Positions 11,504-23,476 are shown, numbered from the stretch's first letter. The stretch is 64,000 nt of DNA from Methanobacteriota archaeon (GCA_963787255.1 CAWBCJ010000029.1:864001-928000); one strand, 5' to 3'. Notes: a model not told the origin generated them from the letters alone. Numbers and translations: made by a program.

Positions 11504-11703
11504 TTGGCAATTGCTGGAAAGCCATAAAAAACATGACTGCAACTCGATGTGGACAGAAGATAATTCAGAGAGCCTTTATGAACACAACAGAGAATCCAGA
11601 AATGAGAGATCCAATAATAATTTTATGAAAAATCACAACAAATACGATTATAGATTCAAACACCACAATAAACTATTAAAATCTTTTTAGGAGATTCATT
11701 AAC

Positions 11704-12720
11704 ATGATTTTAGCCATTACAATCTTTTTAATTCTATTGATAGGCATTTTAATATATTTTTATCTATCAAGACCAAAATTACCTCCTGAAACGAATGAAA
11801 TAATTGAAAACGTCTTAAATAGTGAGTTACCTGAAGTTGTCAGGGGTAAGACGGGTTTTGTGTCATCTGACGGCTTGAATATTTGGTATGAATGTATTTC
11901 TCCCGAAGGTTCATCGAAAGGAACTGTTTTGCTTATTATGGCGCAAGCGGGTAATGCTCTGGATTGGCCTCCCAAATTCGTTCGAGCATTTGTTGATTCT
12001 GGCTACCAGGTAATTCGATACGATCACAGAGGAACAGGGATGTCTGATTGGGTTGAAGGATGGGATCGTAAGAACCCTTATTTGTTGGTAGATATGGCCG
12101 GTGACGCTGTTGCGGTATTAAATGCGCTTAATATTCAAAAGGTGCATATTGTAGGTCTTTCTATGGGAGGAATGATAGCGCAAGAAGTTGCTATTAATTA
12201 CCAGGATAGAGTTGCTTCTCTCACGTTAATTATGACATCTGGCTATATTGGAGATCCTGATATACCTAATTTATCGTCACGTTATTTCTTTAGCTCTATT
12301 TTGAAAGGCATTCCATTACTAAAGTATCGTCTAATTGGCGGCGAGAAAAACATGATAAAAGAACGTATCGCTAAAACAATTAGTGTGGTAGGATATGAAG
12401 GGTTGGATATTAAAGAAATAGCTGAAGTAGTTCTTTATGATGTTCGAAAACGAAGAGGCGTTAATATTAAGGCAATATTTCAACATCAAACTGCCGTTAG
12501 TATTTCAGGCTCAAGATATGAAAAATTAAAAACTCTCAATGTACCGACTTTGGTAATTCACGGAACGGATGATTCAATTATTCCGGTTGAGCATGGAAAG
12601 AAACTCGTAGAGGTGATACCAAATGCAGAGGGCTTGTGGTTAGGTGGTATTGGTCATATTTTTCCGTATCCTGACATGGACGATATTAATAAAACTATTA
12701 TTTCAAATTTTAAAAGATAA
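11704..12720 (+). CDS. Alpha/beta hydrolase with N-terminal membrane anchor
   Basis: YDHRGTG, GLSMGG nucleophile elbow, HGTDD, terminal GH; hydrophobic N-terminus. Confidence 0.92.
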   Translation: MILAITIFLILLIGILIYFYLSRPKLPPETNEIIENVLNSELPEVVRGKTGFVSSDGLNIWYECISPEGSSKGTVLLIMAQAGNALDWPPKFVRAFVDSGYQVIRYDHRGTGMSDWVEGWDRKNPYLLVDMAGDAVAVLNALNIQKVHIVGLSMGGMIAQEVAINYQDRVASLTLIMTSGYIGDPDIPNLSSRYFFSSILKGIPLLKYRLIGGEKNMIKERIAKTISVVGYEGLDIKEIAEVVLYDVRKRRGVNIKAIFQHQTAVSISGSRYEKLKTLNVPTLVIHGTDDSIIPVEHGKKLVEVIPNAEGLWLGGIGHIFPYPDMDDINKTIISNFKR

Positions 12721-12781
12721 AGGACTATTTCAATGAAAAAAGATATTACAGAGTTTAATTGTATGTTTTTCAGTAAATAAA

Positions 12782-13711
12782 TTAGAATGGTTCTAAAATC
12801 CCTTCTTCAGTAATTATTCCAGTAATTAAATCGCTTGGCACAATATCGAATGAAGGATTCTCTACTTCGGTTCCTTCAGGCGCGATGCGGCATTCTCCAA
12901 AATACAATACTTCATTAGGGTCACGTTCTTCTATTTCTGTGTCATAAATTGAATTTTTAAAATCAAATGTACTTTTTGGTGCTGCAACATAAAATGGAAC
13001 TCCAAATCTTTTTGCAGCAAGTGCAACCATTAATGTACCTATTTTATTGGCGATACCTCCTTTAGCAACTCTATCTGCTCCAACAACAACTTTATTTACT
13101 TTTCCCACTTGCATCATGCGTGCAGCAGCGTTGTCAACAATTAATTTCACCGGAATTTTTTCCTGTTGCATTTCAAAGACGGATAGTTTTGCTCCCTGGC
13201 AAAAAGGCCTTGTTTCATCGCATATAACTTTTATTTTTTTACCTTCATGGAATGCAGCTCTAATAACGCCTAGAGCTGTTCCGTAATCTACACATGCAAG
13301 TGCTCCAGCGTTACAATGGGTTAAAATAGTGTCTCCATCATCTATTACTTTTGCACCATGTTTTCCTATGGCTTTATTGGTTTCAATGTCTTCATCGTAC
13401 ATCTTTAAAGCTTCATCTAAAGCCGAATCAGCATTGAGTACTCTATCTACTGCCCAGAAGAGATTCACTGCAGTTGGTCTTGCAGCTTTAATTTCTTCAC
13501 CTGCTTTTTGTAGGTCTTCTCCTTCTAGTTCTGCAAGCGCCATCCCAAAAGCTGCAGCTACTCCTATTGCTGGAGCTCCTCTGACTTTCATAGTTTTTAT
13601 CCCGTGAATAACGTCATTATAGTTTTTACATTCAAAATAAGTGATTTCGTCAGGTAGTTTGGTTTGATCTAATAAAAACAGATGATTATCTTTCCAGTAC
13701 ATTGTCTTCAT
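12782..13711 (-). CDS. mtnA: S-methyl-5-thioribose-1-phosphate isomerase
   Basis: VRGAPAIG, RPTAVNL, THCNAGALA, ETRP, NKIGT. Confidence 0.93.
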   Translation of the reverse strand: MKTMYWKDNHLFLLDQTKLPDEITYFECKNYNDVIHGIKTMKVRGAPAIGVAAAFGMALAELEGEDLQKAGEEIKAARPTAVNLFWAVDRVLNADSALDEALKMYDEDIETNKAIGKHGAKVIDDGDTILTHCNAGALACVDYGTALGVIRAAFHEGKKIKVICDETRPFCQGAKLSVFEMQQEKIPVKLIVDNAAARMMQVGKVNKVVVGADRVAKGGIANKIGTLMVALAAKRFGVPFYVAAPKSTFDFKNSIYDTEIEERDPNEVLYFGECRIAPEGTEVENPSFDIVPSDLITGIITEEGILEPF

Positions 13712-13774
13712 GTTAATTACCCTAAAAAGCTATTTTTGCATTTAAAAATTTAAGAATTAAAAAAATAATAATAA

Positions 13775-14626
13775 TTAATAATGGCTCATTGGAGTCATAT
13801 CAAGGTGCTTATCTTCTTTACCGGGTACTCCGTATGCATCTGCCCTGCATTGTGTACATGCTCTAAATACGGGAATTATTTCTTCAACCTTATCCCTAAC
13901 CTGGCTTATTTGGGCGCATCCTGGTTTTTCAAGGTCTTTGAACTTATTAAGTGGAATAAGTGGAAGTACATTCATAAGAGAAGCGCCTCTTTTTTTAACT
14001 TCTCGGGCTATATCCACAATGTGATCTTCGTTTAACCCAGGAATCAGTACTGAATTGACTTTTACCACAATTCCTTTTTCTGATATTTTTTCAATACCTT
14101 CAAGCTGCTGCTTGGAGAGTAATTCGAACCCTTCTTTACCTTTATAGATTTTCCCGTCGTAGAAGACGCCGGAATATATTTCTTTTCCAATTTCGGGGTC
14201 AATTGCGTTTACGGTTACTGTAATGGTGTTAATCTTTATTTTTGCAAGTAAATCGGCTTTATCTGGTAATAACAGTCCGTTTGTGCTCATACATTTTATT
14301 AGGTCTGGAAATTCCTCATCAACTCTTTTAAAGAACTCGAAGGTTTCATCATTAAAAAGTGCGTCTCCTGGGCCTGCAACACCAACTACAGAAATTGGCA
14401 TTTCTCCTGTAACTTTTTTAACGTGTGCTATTGCATCATCCACTGTCATTACTCTTGAAGTGACTCCTGGTCGGACTTCACACTTGTTTATATCTCTTGT
14501 ACAGAAATTACATTGGATGTTACATTTAGGGGCGATTGGAACGTGGATTCTTCCAACTTTATCGTGCATTTTTTCATTAAAACAAGGATGTACCTTTGTC
14601 ATGTGGGCGAATTTTGACTCATTCAT
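13775..14626 (-). CDS. nifB: NifB-type radical SAM protein (single-domain, archaeal)
   Basis: HPC, CNIQCNFC, RPG, AGPGD, STNG and CxxCRADA NifB motifs. Confidence 0.9.
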   Translation of the reverse strand: MNESKFAHMTKVHPCFNEKMHDKVGRIHVPIAPKCNIQCNFCTRDINKCEVRPGVTSRVMTVDDAIAHVKKVTGEMPISVVGVAGPGDALFNDETFEFFKRVDEEFPDLIKCMSTNGLLLPDKADLLAKIKINTITVTVNAIDPEIGKEIYSGVFYDGKIYKGKEGFELLSKQQLEGIEKISEKGIVVKVNSVLIPGLNEDHIVDIAREVKKRGASLMNVLPLIPLNKFKDLEKPGCAQISQVRDKVEEIIPVFRACTQCRADAYGVPGKEDKHLDMTPMSHY

Positions 14627-14666
14627 TTTATTTCCTCCTTAATAAAGATATTAAATGAATTAAGGT

Positions 14667-15218
14667 TTATTTCAGCTCCTCAATCATTTCTTCTTCTTTT
14701 TTAATCCATTCATCTTTAATAATTTCGTCAGAACATACCATTGCAATGATATCTTCCTTAGAATAGTGTCTGATAACCTTAAAACCTTCAGGAATAATCC
14801 GGAATATAGCGTCGTATATCTTCTTTTTTAAGTCTTCTTTGGGATCATGGATGGCCATGCCTTTAAGTTCAGTTTCTGGATCATTAATAATTATTTCAAA
14901 CCTACTTGGCTGCTGTATTTTTTCTCTTCCTTCTGTTTTCCATAGTTTTTGAAGTAATTCTGGAAGATAGGTCTCATCTTTAACTCTTATATATGTTGCA
15001 TTTTCTTCTTTGTTGTATTTGTATTCTGTGAAGTCGTCAATGGTAATGGGTGATGCAGCTTTTTCTAATTTAACTACAATAATAAATACAGGCTCTCTAG
15101 GGTCTACAAAGACCTTCATATCCTTTATTGACCTATAAATCTGCACGTCCTGCAGTATTTGCCTAATGATCATCTCATAAACTTCTGCACCTTGCGGATC
15201 GTAACATTCAACTAACAT
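14667..15218 (-). CDS. Methanogenesis marker protein 17
   Basis: DPREPVFII, DETYLPELL, RIIPEGF; position in the marker operon. Confidence 0.85.
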   Translation of the reverse strand: MLVECYDPQGAEVYEMIIRQILQDVQIYRSIKDMKVFVDPREPVFIIVVKLEKAASPITIDDFTEYKYNKEENATYIRVKDETYLPELLQKLWKTEGREKIQQPSRFEIIINDPETELKGMAIHDPKEDLKKKIYDAIFRIIPEGFKVIRHYSKEDIIAMVCSDEIIKDEWIKKEEEMIEELK

Positions 15219-15232
15219 TTAACTCCTCAAAA

Positions 15233-16462
15233 CTATTTTTTACCAAGACCGGATACTAAAAGCGCAGCGCCAACAGCACCTATGTGTTGAGAATTTTCAG
15301 GTACGATGATTTCAATTCCTCCCAGTACGGTACTTACCGCTTCTACGAGTCCTTCTATGAGCGAAGTTCCACCAACCTGTATTAAAGGTTCTCGAACGTC
15401 AATTTCTTGAAGTTGCTGCTCGTAAACTTGTTCTGCCACAGAATGACATGCGGCAGCGGCCACATCTTCCCTTGTACCTCCAGCAGCAAGTGAAGTAACC
15501 AGATCTTGAATACCGAATACTATACAGTAACTATTCAAAAGAGCTTTTTTGTAATCTCCTTTTAAGGCAAGTCCGCCAAGCTCGCTTATATCAACTCCAA
15601 GTCTTCTTGCGGTTATTTCCAGGAATCTTCCAGATGCTCCTGCACAGATTCCTCCCATGGTGAAGTTGTCAGGGATTCCATTGTTAACTGTTATAACTTT
15701 ATTGTCCATTCCACCTATATCAAGAACTGTGGCTTCTCCTTTTTGCCGACCTGCTAAATATACAGCTCCTTTTGAGTTCACGCTTAATTCTTCTTGGGTT
15801 AAAGCTGCATTAAAGTGTTTTCCTATGGTTATTCTACCATAACCGGTGACTCCCATTCCATCAATGTCGTCTAATTTGTATCCGGTGTCTGCAAAGGCAA
15901 GATCCATTCCTTCCTGGGCAGATCCGATAACGTCGGTTGTTGGAACCCAGCCTGTTCCTAATATTTTATCATTTTCCATTAACACGGCTTTTGTGGTGGT
16001 TGAACCTGAATCTACTCCAAGGGTAAGGCCTTCCTGCTTTTCACGTGCAAGAAGACTCTTTCTATCCACGATGGTGGATAAAGCTTCCATTCTTATGAAT
16101 AGCTCGTCTGCTTTAGTTCTTTCTGTAAATGAATAAGTTACAACAGGTAAATCGGTGTTTTGCTGGATAAAACGCCTGATTTCATTCCTTACAAGTGCTC
16201 CTTCGGCACATCTAAAGCACGATGCAATGAAAACAGCATCAGCATCTGATTTTCCCTCTGCAAGGGACATGGCCCTTGCTATCATCAAACGTATACTTGA
16301 ACTGGCAGCATTAAAACCAAATTTTTTGTATGCTTCGTCAATATAATCCAGATCTGCTTCTGGAATAACTATTTCAGCGCCAAATGTTGAAGCGGCTTTC
16401 TCTATCTCCTTTTGAATACCGCTGTATTCTGTTCCACAGGATAATTGGGCTATTTTAACCAT
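15233..16462 (-). CDS. Methanogenesis marker protein 15 (BcrAD/BadFG-type ATPase)
   Basis: [46 protein letters not shown]. Confidence 0.93.
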   Translation of the reverse strand: MVKIAQLSCGTEYSGIQKEIEKAASTFGAEIVIPEADLDYIDEAYKKFGFNAASSSIRLMIARAMSLAEGKSDADAVFIASCFRCAEGALVRNEIRRFIQQNTDLPVVTYSFTERTKADELFIRMEALSTIVDRKSLLAREKQEGLTLGVDSGSTTTKAVLMENDKILGTGWVPTTDVIGSAQEGMDLAFADTGYKLDDIDGMGVTGYGRITIGKHFNAALTQEELSVNSKGAVYLAGRQKGEATVLDIGGMDNKVITVNNGIPDNFTMGGICAGASGRFLEITARRLGVDISELGGLALKGDYKKALLNSYCIVFGIQDLVTSLAAGGTREDVAAAACHSVAEQVYEQQLQEIDVREPLIQVGGTSLIEGLVEAVSTVLGGIEIIVPENSQHIGAVGAALLVSGLGKK

Positions 16463-16901
16463 TTTTTTCCTCCAGTTCGTCTAAGAACGTGTTAATGGTG
16501 TTTACCATTTCTATAGCTTCTTCTCTCGATGTTGGGTATTGAAGCTCTAAAATGGGAATGTCTCTCTTCCTCAAATAAAACATGGAAAGTTCATTTGTTC
16601 TGGCACATCCCACGCATCCAAATCCGTAGGGTGCTTCTTCCATTATTATTGCAGCATCTGCTTCATCAATTAAAGGGCCGAATATTGCCATTCTTCCTCT
16701 AACACCTGATGGAACTTCAATTGCAGCATATTTAAGGCCTTTTATTGGTTCTTCTTCAGTAATGTTAAATGGTGGTGAATCAATTTCAGGATCTATAACT
16801 TTTTTTCTTATTTCTTTTTGTATTGCCAGAGCTTCATGCCCTTTTCTTTCAACTAAATCTGCTAATATTAATGAATTTGGAGGAAATATAGCTATTTTCA
16901 A
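16455..16901 (-). CDS. Methanogenesis marker protein 5
   Basis: [34 protein letters not shown]. Confidence 0.92.
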   Translation of the reverse strand: MKIAIFPPNSLILADLVERKGHEALAIQKEIRKKVIDPEIDSPPFNITEEEPIKGLKYAAIEVPSGVRGRMAIFGPLIDEADAAIIMEEAPYGFGCVGCARTNELSMFYLRKRDIPILELQYPTSREEAIEMVNTINTFLDELEEKNG

Positions 16902-17278
16902 TAAAACTCCCCCTTTGGGCTATTTTTAATTTTTGCCGGTCTTCTGGTGATTTCCATAAGATCACTAAATATTCCTTTGGTTATGTCAATAAGTCCTAAT
17001 GCACATATAACTTCTTTATTCTCCTTCAATGGTACAACAATAACTGGAATACCTTTATATGGTCCGTTTCCTGGAATTTCCCTGATCATTTTACCTTCCA
17101 AGAGAACTTTTTCCAGGATTGGACCTGTATAATCATAATCAATAATTTCTCCATCCTCAATTCTAACTCCAGTGGAGTTTTTTGTCCTCATTGTTGTGGG
17201 AAGTTTATTTACTAGCTGGTGAACAGCAAGCGCAAAGGGTGCTAGTTCTTTACCATTCGAGAAAGAAGTTATTTGCAT
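16898..17278 (-). CDS. DUF2111 domain protein
   Basis: [32 protein letters not shown]. Confidence 0.8.
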   Translation of the reverse strand: MQITSFSNGKELAPFALAVHQLVNKLPTTMRTKNSTGVRIEDGEIIDYDYTGPILEKVLLEGKMIREIPGNGPYKGIPVIVVPLKENKEVICALGLIDITKGIFSDLMEITRRPAKIKNSPKGEFY

Positions 17279-17337
17279 TTTATCAATCCTCTCTATTTTT
17301 AATTTTATTAAAGGATAAACATTATTTTAAATAATTA

Positions 17338-17766
17338 TTAACTTTCACATTCTTTTATGAGTTTTTTAAGGGATTCAGGATCAATTTTGCATTTTTTTTC
17401 CACATGCACTTCTCTTGGCTTTGCAAGTGCTTCACTTACACCTTCAAGGAGTTCAAATTCCTTTTCCAGCTGATGAAAACCTTCCCTTGCAGCTCCTCTT
17501 TTGGCCCTGCAGCGTCTTGGATCACCTGGAGGAAATCCTCTATCTTTTGTAAAGATATTATAAGGGTCTAATTTCCTTATTTTTTCTATAGCCTCCATTA
17601 CAACGTCTTCTTCACCGTTAACCATGGCTCCATAGCATGTTGACTTTATTGTAAGTGGAAGTTCCAGCATATGAAGTTTTTGGACAATTTCTGACTGACT
17701 TATTTGGGCAGAAGGTCCTAGAATTATCATTCTAGTTACATTGGAATTTTCAATTTTTGGCGACAT
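17338..17766 (-). CDS. Methanogenesis marker protein 6
   Basis: [30 protein letters not shown]; start approximate. Confidence 0.88.
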   Translation of the reverse strand: MSPKIENSNVTRMIILGPSAQISQSEIVQKLHMLELPLTIKSTCYGAMVNGEEDVVMEAIEKIRKLDPYNIFTKDRGFPPGDPRRCRAKRGAAREGFHQLEKEFELLEGVSEALAKPREVHVEKKCKIDPESLKKLIKECES

Positions 17767-19283
17767 ATACCACATCTCCCTCTTTAAATTTTTCAAGATT
17801 CTCCAATCCTTCAACAACTTTCCCTACGATATTGGTACCGTCGAAAGGTTCTCCTGTAGGTCCGAATTCATCATTGTCTTCAAATCTTACTCCTACCATT
17901 CCAACGTGCCTTCTGGACATGTTAGTTATGCCAATTTGACCAGCAGTGACGCATTTTGGGGGGGTGTTTTCAGGAATTAGTCCCTTCGCGTCTTTAGATC
18001 TTCCTTCAAACATCATTACTTTCATTCCAGGAAATGCAAAATGTACTTTAAGCGAGCCTATTGGTGAATCTACAAGCCCTGTAAGTTTTTGGAAATACCA
18101 TGAAGATCTTGGGGCGGTATTGTTAATATCAATATAAATTATTTCATCTTTATTTATTCCCAGAGTTTTAACTTTTCCTTCTTTGATAATGTCCATTGTA
18201 AATTGTGGTTCCTGCCCTACAATTATTGCATCATCCTCTTTTAGACCTTCACGAATGTGTTCTACGCCTTTTGAAGATAAATATTCTTCAGCTTCTTTTT
18301 GGGTCATGGAAAGGGTCATTATTCTTTCAGGTTCGGATTTAAATGTGATATAATCTCCAGGATTGGCTATATCCATAAGTTGCATACCTTTTTCAACGTG
18401 TCCTATCACAGTATGGGATGGGGTTGAAACTCTATCTTCTCTATAGATATAAACACGTCCAACTCCTTTACCGCTATTTCTAAGGGTTAAGGTGCCTCTT
18501 TTACGTTGATCAATAAATTCAGTACTTTTTTGAAGACCTTGAAGTTTGTAAAATCCTACAAAAGTGTTTGAATCGTAGTCTACCTGAATTTTACCAGATT
18601 CGGATAATGCAAAGAAGTGTTCCACAGAATCAGGTGATTTGAATTCTGGTTTAACAAGAACATAGGTGAATATTTCGTTTCCTTCAGTGACTAAAGTGTC
18701 TAAATTAGTTATTGTAGCGCTTTTAACTGTACTACTTCTTTCTATAACTGGTTTAATTTCTTTTATTATATCGTCATCAGTAAGATGATTTAAAGTCCTT
18801 TTTCCACCGATAATCCTGGCAAATATCCCTTTATTCTGCTTCAGGGACTCCGTAAACTGCTTTATGTTTAGATTTACTGAAAATAATGTGAGTAGCGTCT
18901 GCAGTAAACCCGGAAAGACTTATGACAACGTCCCATTTTTTATATTGATTTTCATCCCTTGTTGGGGTAAGTTCAGATTTGATAGGGCCCATTGAGACTT
19001 CATTAGAGGTTGTCCAGCGTATTCTATGGCTTTCAAATTCTTTGTACATGTTTTTCCATGTTTTAACTAAATTTGAAGCTTCTTCTTCCAATAATTCAAT
19101 TATTATGCTTCCTCTGCTGGTTTTAATTTTGTATTTATTAACGTGCTTTTCAATTTCTTCTTTACCTTTAACAACACCAAGCACGCATCCTTCCATATAA
19201 GGTGCTTTTGCAGCTTCAATCGCATCTTTAATGGTAGAACCTTCAGGGAGTTCTATTTTTTCACCGTTAACCCTCACGAACAT
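17750..19283 (-). CDS. Methanogenesis marker protein 3 (one apparent frameshift near 18836)
   Basis: ORFs 18831-19283 and 17750-18625 join through [15 protein letters not shown] after a 1-nt shift; [10 protein letters not shown] and [11 protein letters not shown] motifs. Confidence 0.88.
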
Positions 19284-19669
19284 GGAATCTCCTCATGGGC
19301 ATTTAATAAATAATTTATTCAAACTAGTTGATTTCTTTATTTAAGTACATCTTATTCTCTACTATTAACGATATTATTTACAAATTAATATTAACTTTTT
19401 ACTATTTTTTAAATGCTCATTCTATTGATAAGCACCTGATTTTATCAGACTTAAAAATTGTATCGTTAAATAATTTAATCTAATATTTTAATTGGGATGG
19501 TTTATAAATTTAAGATAATAATATTATGCGTTATTCCAGTCATGAGCATTTCTAAAATTTTCAATTAGTTTTAATAAAAATTCAAGCTCTTTTACCCGGC
19601 ATTATTACTATAAAAATTTTTTTAAAGTGTTTTAAGTCTACAATTATTATTTAATGATCATAATTATAA

Positions 19670-20659
19670 TTATTTTGAGATTTCTTCTTTAATACCCATT
19701 ATTGCATCAATTTCAAAGTCAAAAAGAACTCCTTTTTGCTCTTTAAGAGTTAAATAGAGCTTTTTTTCTTCTATAATATCCCCACAAACAGAGGATGTTA
19801 TATTTACGTTTTCAAGTAATTCAATACATTTATCAGTTTTATCTTCTGGTGATGTTAAAACAAATCCTGCTCCGGGATACATTTTAAGCCATTGATCCCA
19901 TTCAACATTTTCGTTTCGGGGTATTTTTTCAAGCTCAACTGTTGCACCAACGTTTGATGTTTCAAGCAGCATTCCTAATGTTCCTAAAGTTCCAGGATTG
20001 CTTATGTCCTTACCTGCTGTCACGAGTTTTTCTTTACCTAACGTGTTCATTACCGCGATCTGGGATTGTACGAGTTCTGCACTTTTCATAGTGGTTGTAT
20101 CCCAATTTAAATCAAATTTGGGGTGTATTTCACCATCAATATCGATTGCAACTATAACTTTATCTCCAACAATAGATCCACAGCTTGTAATAATATCATT
20201 TTTGCCCACTAATCCTGTAATGGACACATCTAAAGCATTATATGGAGTATCTGGATGAAAATGCCCCCCTACCATGGGAACTCCGAATTTTTTCACGCCA
20301 TCTTTTATTCCATTCATTATTTCTCGGCGTATTTCATCATCAGGGGTAGATAAAACGTTAGTCATCCCAATGGGTTTACCTCCCATCGCAGCTATGTCAT
20401 TAACGTTTACAAGAACGGAACAATATCCTGCCCAGTATGGATCGGCATCCATTAACTTTCCCCACATTCCATCGGCTGCAAGTAGAACTAATTTTTCGTT
20501 CCCAATGTCAATGGCTGATGCATCATCGCCAAAACTTAAAACGGTTTTTCCGGCTATGTTATAGGTATCCTTTAAGATATCAGTTATGCCTTTTATTGGG
20601 TTTTTTCTTTTAATTCCTTCAAAATTCCTTATAGAATCAATAAGAGAGTTTAAATCCAA
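19670..20659 (-). CDS. Methanogenesis marker protein 2 (AIR synthase/PurM-like)
   Basis: [32 protein letters not shown]. Confidence 0.9.
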   Translation of the reverse strand: MDLNSLIDSIRNFEGIKRKNPIKGITDILKDTYNIAGKTVLSFGDDASAIDIGNEKLVLLAADGMWGKLMDADPYWAGYCSVLVNVNDIAAMGGKPIGMTNVLSTPDDEIRREIMNGIKDGVKKFGVPMVGGHFHPDTPYNALDVSITGLVGKNDIITSCGSIVGDKVIVAIDIDGEIHPKFDLNWDTTTMKSAELVQSQIAVMNTLGKEKLVTAGKDISNPGTLGTLGMLLETSNVGATVELEKIPRNENVEWDQWLKMYPGAGFVLTSPEDKTDKCIELLENVNITSSVCGDIIEEKKLYLTLKEQKGVLFDFEIDAIMGIKEEISK

Positions 20660-20668
20660 GTGTCCACC

Positions 20669-21766
20669 TCAGTTTTCTTTTATTTTATATTTGCTGGTGG
20701 TATTATTTATTATTTGTAGTATTTCATTTTTAAAACTTTCGATATTTTCTATTTCAATTATTTCATTCCCCTTAAAAAGTTTATTGTAGATTATTTCGCC
20801 GATAATATCGTCAAGACCGGCTTCAAGCTCTATTATAAGAGATTCACTTGATTTAAATCCATTTTCAACAACCTTATCAATATCACCATCAGTAATTCCA
20901 ATAATTGGAACACCGAATCTGTAGAGAATATCACCTGCAACGAGAGTTGTATCATCTCCAACTGTTACCACATAGTCAACATTTTTTAATTTGTAAACAT
21001 CTTCTGCTGCATGATTTATGAAGGCAACGCAAAATTTGTTGCTGTATTTACAAGGTTTAACAACTCTGGGAACTACTTCTGATCTTCTAAGGAGTCCAGT
21101 TTTAATTATGGCGGATTCTAAATCCACGTTTCCCAGTTTTTCAACCCCGTGTTCTTTAAGTTCTCCTCCGGTTATTTTAGTTATAATACCATTTTCAGCT
21201 ATCAAAGCGACATCTTGTGAATTTGATTTTCCCACAACAAGTCCATTAACGAATATGTTTTCTCCTTTACAAACTCCAGCAACTTTTCTCATGGTTTTAG
21301 AAACGTGATTAGGGTCTATTTTTGATTTGATTTCTTCAGGTTTTACCAGTTTCAACCCCATTCGCCTTGCGATAACTTCTGCAAATTCATTTAATGAATT
21401 CTGCCAGGGAATGACGCTTCCGTTTATTTCTCCAGGCCTTTCAATTTGTATAAGTGGAGGGTTGGTTTTAGATCTTCTAAATACCTTAAATCCAAAGGTA
21501 TGGCCGGTGATACTCGATTTTCCATAATTAATCAAAAAAATAACATCAAATTCTTCTTCTGCAAATTTGTCAATGGATTGACTGGGAAGCAGTTTCTGGC
21601 TTATGTCAATTAAATTTTCAAGCCCTGCATCATGCACGGCGGTTCTGCCCATTGTTCCGCCAAGACGTGCTTTTACTTCCCCATAATCTTCAAGTAACTT
21701 CAAAATTTCCTCTGCATGGCCCGAATCAACTATATAAGGGCCATGTACTACTACACCTATTTTCAT
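20669..21766 (-). CDS. DUF2117 domain protein
   Basis: [33 protein letters not shown]. Confidence 0.8.
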   Translation of the reverse strand: MKIGVVVHGPYIVDSGHAEEILKLLEDYGEVKARLGGTMGRTAVHDAGLENLIDISQKLLPSQSIDKFAEEEFDVIFLINYGKSSITGHTFGFKVFRRSKTNPPLIQIERPGEINGSVIPWQNSLNEFAEVIARRMGLKLVKPEEIKSKIDPNHVSKTMRKVAGVCKGENIFVNGLVVGKSNSQDVALIAENGIITKITGGELKEHGVEKLGNVDLESAIIKTGLLRRSEVVPRVVKPCKYSNKFCVAFINHAAEDVYKLKNVDYVVTVGDDTTLVAGDILYRFGVPIIGITDGDIDKVVENGFKSSESLIIELEAGLDDIIGEIIYNKLFKGNEIIEIENIESFKNEILQIINNTTSKYKIKEN

Positions 21767-21849
21767 TATTGAATGTAGGAGTGAATTATCTATTAAAATT
21801 ATCGTTATTAAGTTGAAAAATTAGCAGTTTTTAATTAGTTGTAAATAAC

Positions 21850-22359
21850 TTATTTTTTAACTTTAATTCTCTTTTTAAAAACAAGGGAACCACAAATCTC
21901 ACAATCTTCAAAGCCATAATTAGAAGGATATTTTTTTTTACATCCCTTGCAGATTTTAACCCAGTTATATATTTCTTTAATTCCTTCAGTTAAAACACTT
22001 CTATAATGCATTTTAATGGTTTTTAATGCATTTTGCATGGAATAATCATCAGTTACTACAATGGGAATGCACTCTTTTCTTTTAAGTTTCAATGCAAGGG
22101 CTATGATATTTCGATCAACCTTAGAAAGTCTTAAAATATCTCCTGACGATTCAATGACTTCATTAGTTTTTTCTATATCTTCTTCTTCTGGTTCTTCTAC
22201 TTTTATATGTCCATCTTCTATGGCTGATTGAAGTAATAATGAAGATTTTAAGTCTTTTATCTCTAAAATAACCTCGCCAGTTATAAAATTTGCACTGCTC
22301 TTTGAATAGAAGCCGCCTATAATTGCGGAAGCATCCAGAACATAAATCTTTTTTTGCAT
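21850..22359 (-). CDS. nob1: NOB1-family PIN endonuclease with Zn ribbon
   Basis: VLDASA, LSKVD, VTDDYSMQN, CKGC...CEICG. Confidence 0.9.
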   Translation of the reverse strand: MQKKIYVLDASAIIGGFYSKSSANFITGEVILEIKDLKSSLLLQSAIEDGHIKVEEPEEEDIEKTNEVIESSGDILRLSKVDRNIIALALKLKRKECIPIVVTDDYSMQNALKTIKMHYRSVLTEGIKEIYNWVKICKGCKKKYPSNYGFEDCEICGSLVFKKRIKVKK

Positions 22360-22557
22360 GATATTATTTCCTTGTTTTTAAAAATAATAGATATTTCCTA
22401 TTTTTAGGTTTATCAAGGTAAAAAGAAGGGTTTTTAATATGACAATATATTACATTGCATAAAGTTTTTATTATATGAAATACAAAATTAAATATCAAGG
22501 GAGTGTGCAATTAGATTTCTTAATTTTTTTCCGCAAAAAAAATCAAACCGCCTCTGA

Positions 22558-22641
22558 TTTGGATCTAATGCCCTCCCCATATTTCCAAATTCTTCTTATT
22601 TATTTTACCGCAATTTAAAGCATTGTTTGGATCTAATGCCC
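22558..22641. repeat. Exact 16-bp direct repeat TTTGGATCTAATGCCC, two copies
   Basis: Copies at 22558-22573 and 22626-22641 in the nob1/moaB intergenic region. Confidence 0.85.
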
Positions 22642-22951
22642 ATTGATTATGGTTTGTTAAGATCATATATAAATCTTTTGTTTTTTAAATACCTTTAAAT
22701 TATCTTTAAAGATTATTTTAAGCTAATTAATTATTTTAACAGTGTAATTATTTATTATTTGCGGATTTGAACTTTAATTGAAGGCTTATTACTCTATTTT
22801 GCACAAGATTTCCTTCTTGATACTATAAAATATAAAAGAAATGAAAAATATAGTATTCTATGCATATTAGTTAATAATTAAAATCTTAAATTGGATATTA
22901 TGGTTTTAATACCTTTTTAATGAGAAATATCCATTATTTAACGGTGATTTT

Positions 22952-23476
22952 ATGAAAAGCGAAAGTATGAAGGAGCATAAAAAAAGAGCGCCTAAATCTG
23001 TTAATGGAGCGGTAATTACGCTAAGCGACTCTAAATACACGGATTTTTTAAAAAATGTAAATAGTGATGTATCTGGAAAATTGATTAAAGACGCTTTAAC
23101 GGAAAAAAATAACCTTATTTTTTATTCTGTTATACCAGACGATGCAGGTCTCCTTCTTTCAACAATTAACCATATTATAGAAACTCATGATGTTGATGTA
23201 ATTATTACCACTGGCGGAACAGGGATTGGGTCTAGAGATATAACCATAGAAACTTTGAAAGTTGTTTTTGAAAAGGAATTAAATGGTTTCGGTGAAATAT
23301 TTAGATATGAATCATATAAGGAGCTTGGAACTGGGGCTATTTTAAGTAGAGCTACAGCAGGTGTTTATAAAGGTAAATTAATCGTTTCAATGCCGGGTTC
23401 TCCTAATGCTGTTAGTTTGGGCCTAAAGATTATTTTACCCGAGCTTGGACATTTAGTAACACATTTAAAAGAGTAA
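22952..23476 (+). CDS. moaB: MogA/MoaB molybdopterin adenylyltransferase
   Basis: VITLSD, TTGGTGIGSRDIT, LSRATAG, MPGSPNAV. Confidence 0.92.
   Translation: MKSESMKEHKKRAPKSVNGAVITLSDSKYTDFLKNVNSDVSGKLIKDALTEKNNLIFYSVIPDDAGLLLSTINHIIETHDVDVIITTGGTGIGSRDITIETLKVVFEKELNGFGEIFRYESYKELGTGAILSRATAGVYKGKLIVSMPGSPNAVSLGLKIILPELGHLVTHLKE

Noticed and set aside
11241-11690. 149-aa ORF overlapping the hydrolase relic
   Set aside because: Alternative frame of the pseudogene with no recognisable protein features
13775-14626. Nitrogen fixation gene cluster
   Set aside because: Only nifB is present; no nifH/D/K/E/N in the window
22558-22641. Possible mini-CRISPR array
   Set aside because: Only two 16-bp copies, shorter than CRISPR repeats, and no cas genes in the window
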